Shown one piece after another: positions 62,201-64,000 of a stretch of DNA of 64,000 bases. This DNA is from Squalus acanthias (lineage: Eukaryota). The notes beneath the pieces were generated by a model, which was not told the DNA's origin, did no database searches, and saw only the letters and a program-made list of their open reading frames with translations. The translations under genes and the position numbers were made by a program. The stretch lies in assembly GCA_030390025.1 (NCBI GenBank), contig CM059433.1, positions 6,386,001-6,450,000 on the forward strand, written 5' to 3'. Positions within the stretch are counted from its first letter, which is position 1; each line of letters begins with the position of its first letter.

Positions 62201-62680
62201 GACTAATACCTGGAATGGGCGGGTTGTCTTATGAGGAAAGGTTGGACAGGCTAGGCTTGTATCCGCTGGAGTTTAGAAGAGTAAGAGGTGACTTGATTGA
62301 AACATATAAGATCCTGAGGGGTCTTGACAGGGTGGAGGTGGAGAGGATGTTTCCTCTTGTGGGAGAATCTAGAACTGGGGTCAGTGTTTAAAAATAAGGG
62401 GTCACCCATTTAAGACAGAGATGAGGAGAAATTTTTTCTCACAGAGGGTCGTGAGTCTTTGGAACTCTCTTCCTCAGAGGGCGGTGGAAGCAGAGTCTTT
62501 GAATAGTTTTAAGGCAGAGGTAGATAGATTCTTGGTAAGCAAGGGGGTGAAAAGTTATCGGGGGTAGGCGGGAATGTGGAGTAATCAGATCAGCCATGAT
62601 CTTATTGAATGGCGGAGCAGGCTCGAAGGGCCGAGTGGCCTACTCCTGCTCCTAATTTGTATGTTTGTATGTTCGTATGT
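59264..62680 (+). mobile_element. Long CR1 LINE: ORF1 esterase C-terminus, ORF2 (APE-RT), 3' tail
   Basis: ORF1 VGTNDI...WDGLHLN; ORF2 LNTRSI..ITETWL, YRPP, GDFN, SDH, NYRPVSLTS, PQGSVLGP, FADV; stop at ~59884, frameshifts at ~61695 and ~62380. Confidence 0.95.
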
Positions 62681-64000
62681 AACAGGCGGAGTGTGAAACA
62701 GGCGGAGTGTAAAACAGGCAGAGTGTAAACCAGGCGGAGTGTAAAACAGGCGGAGTGTGAAACAGGAGGAGTGTAAAACAGGCGGAGTGTGAAACAGGCG
62801 GAGTGAAAAACAGGCAGGAGTGTGAAACCAGGCGGAGTGTAAAACAGGCGGAGTGTGAAACAGGAGGAGTGTAAAACAGGCGGAGTGTGAAACAGGCGGA
62901 GTGAAAAACAGGCGGAGTGTGAAACAGGCGGAGTGTAAAACAGGCGGAGTGTAAAACAGGAGGAGTGTAAAACAGGCGGAGTGTGAAACAGGCGGAGTGT
63001 GAAACAGGCAGAGTGTGAAACAGGCGGAGCGTGAAACAGGTGGAGCGTAAAACAGGCGGAGTGTGAAACAGGCGGAGTGTGAAACAGGCGGAGTGTGAAA
63101 CAGGCGGAGTGTAAAACAGGCGGAGTGTGAAACAGGCGGAGTGTGAAACAGGCGGAGTGTAAAACAGGTGGAGCGTGAAACAGGCGGAGTGTAAACCAGG
63201 CGGAGTGTAAACCAGGCAGAGTGTAAACCAGGCAGAGTGTAAAACAGGCGGAGTGTAAAGCAGGCGGAGTGTAAAACAGGCGGAGTGTGAAACAGGAGGA
63301 GTGTAAAACAGGCGGAGTGTGAAACAGGCGGAGTGTAAAACAGGCGGAGTGTGAAACAGGCGGAGTGTAAAACAGGCGGAGTGTAAAACAGGAGGAGTGT
63401 AAAACAGGCGGAGTGTGAAACAGGCGGAGTGTGAAACAGGCGGAGTGTGAAACAGGCGGAGTGTGAAACAGGCGGAGTGTAAACCAGGCAGAGTGTAAAC
63501 CAGGCGGAGTGTAAACCAGGCGGAGTGTAAACCAGGCGGAGTGTAAACCAGGCGGAGTGTAAAACAGGCGGAGTGTGAAACAGGCGGAGTGTGAAACAGG
63601 CGGAGTGTAAAACAGGCGGAGTGTGAAACAGGCGGAGCGTGAAACAGGCGGAGCGTAAAACAGGCGGAGTGTGAAACAGGCGGAGTGTGAAACAGGCGGA
63701 GTGTAAAACAGGCGGAGCGTGAAACAGGCGGAGCGTAAAACAGGCGGAGTGTGAAACAGGCGGAGTGTGAAACAGGCGGAGTGTAAAACAGGCGGAGCGT
63801 GAAACAGGCGGAGTGTAAACCAGGCAGAGTGTAAACCAGGCAGAGTGTAAACCAGGCGGAGTGTAAAACAGGCGGAGTGTAAACCATACGGAGTGTAAAA
63901 CAGGCGGAGTGTGAAACAGGCAGAGTGTAAAACAGGCGGAGTGTAAAACAGGCAGAGTGTAAACCAGGCAGAGTGTAAACCAGGCGGAGTGTAAAACAGG
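62681..64000 (+). repeat. 16-bp satellite, right block, runs off the window
   Basis: ~82 tandem units with A/G and A/C variants. Confidence 0.97.

Noticed and set aside
58510..63887. Repetitive ORFs (FYTPPVLHSACFTLRL)n, and a CRISPR-like appearance
   Set aside because: The 16-bp unit has no stop on the minus strand; there are no unique spacers and no cas genes.

Overview
Eukaryotic, repeat-dominated window with no host protein-coding gene that I can confidently identify (intronic or intergenic). The repeat complement suggests a cartilaginous fish, probably a shark (inference): CR1, L2 and RTE LINEs, tRNA-headed DeuSINE-like SINEs, Penelope-like elements and many Harbinger DNA transposons. 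Main contents: (1) Several PIF/Harbinger families with 3-bp TSDs. They include a near-intact two-gene element (51852-55951: HARBI1-like DDE transposase convergent with a 3-exon Myb/SANT gene), a damaged two-gene element (45113-49172), several derivatives that lost the transposase core, and MITEs. (2) A Neptune-type Penelope retroelement (RT + GIY-YIG) and many short, often fold-back, Penelope-like insertions carrying two families of minimal hammerhead-ribozyme motifs. (3) A long CR1 inside a 16-bp satellite, and a G-rich minisatellite. (4) Multi-level nested insertions with readable TSDs, plus three locally templated duplication/inversion scars. Coordinates were read by eye, so ends without a stated TSD are approximate.
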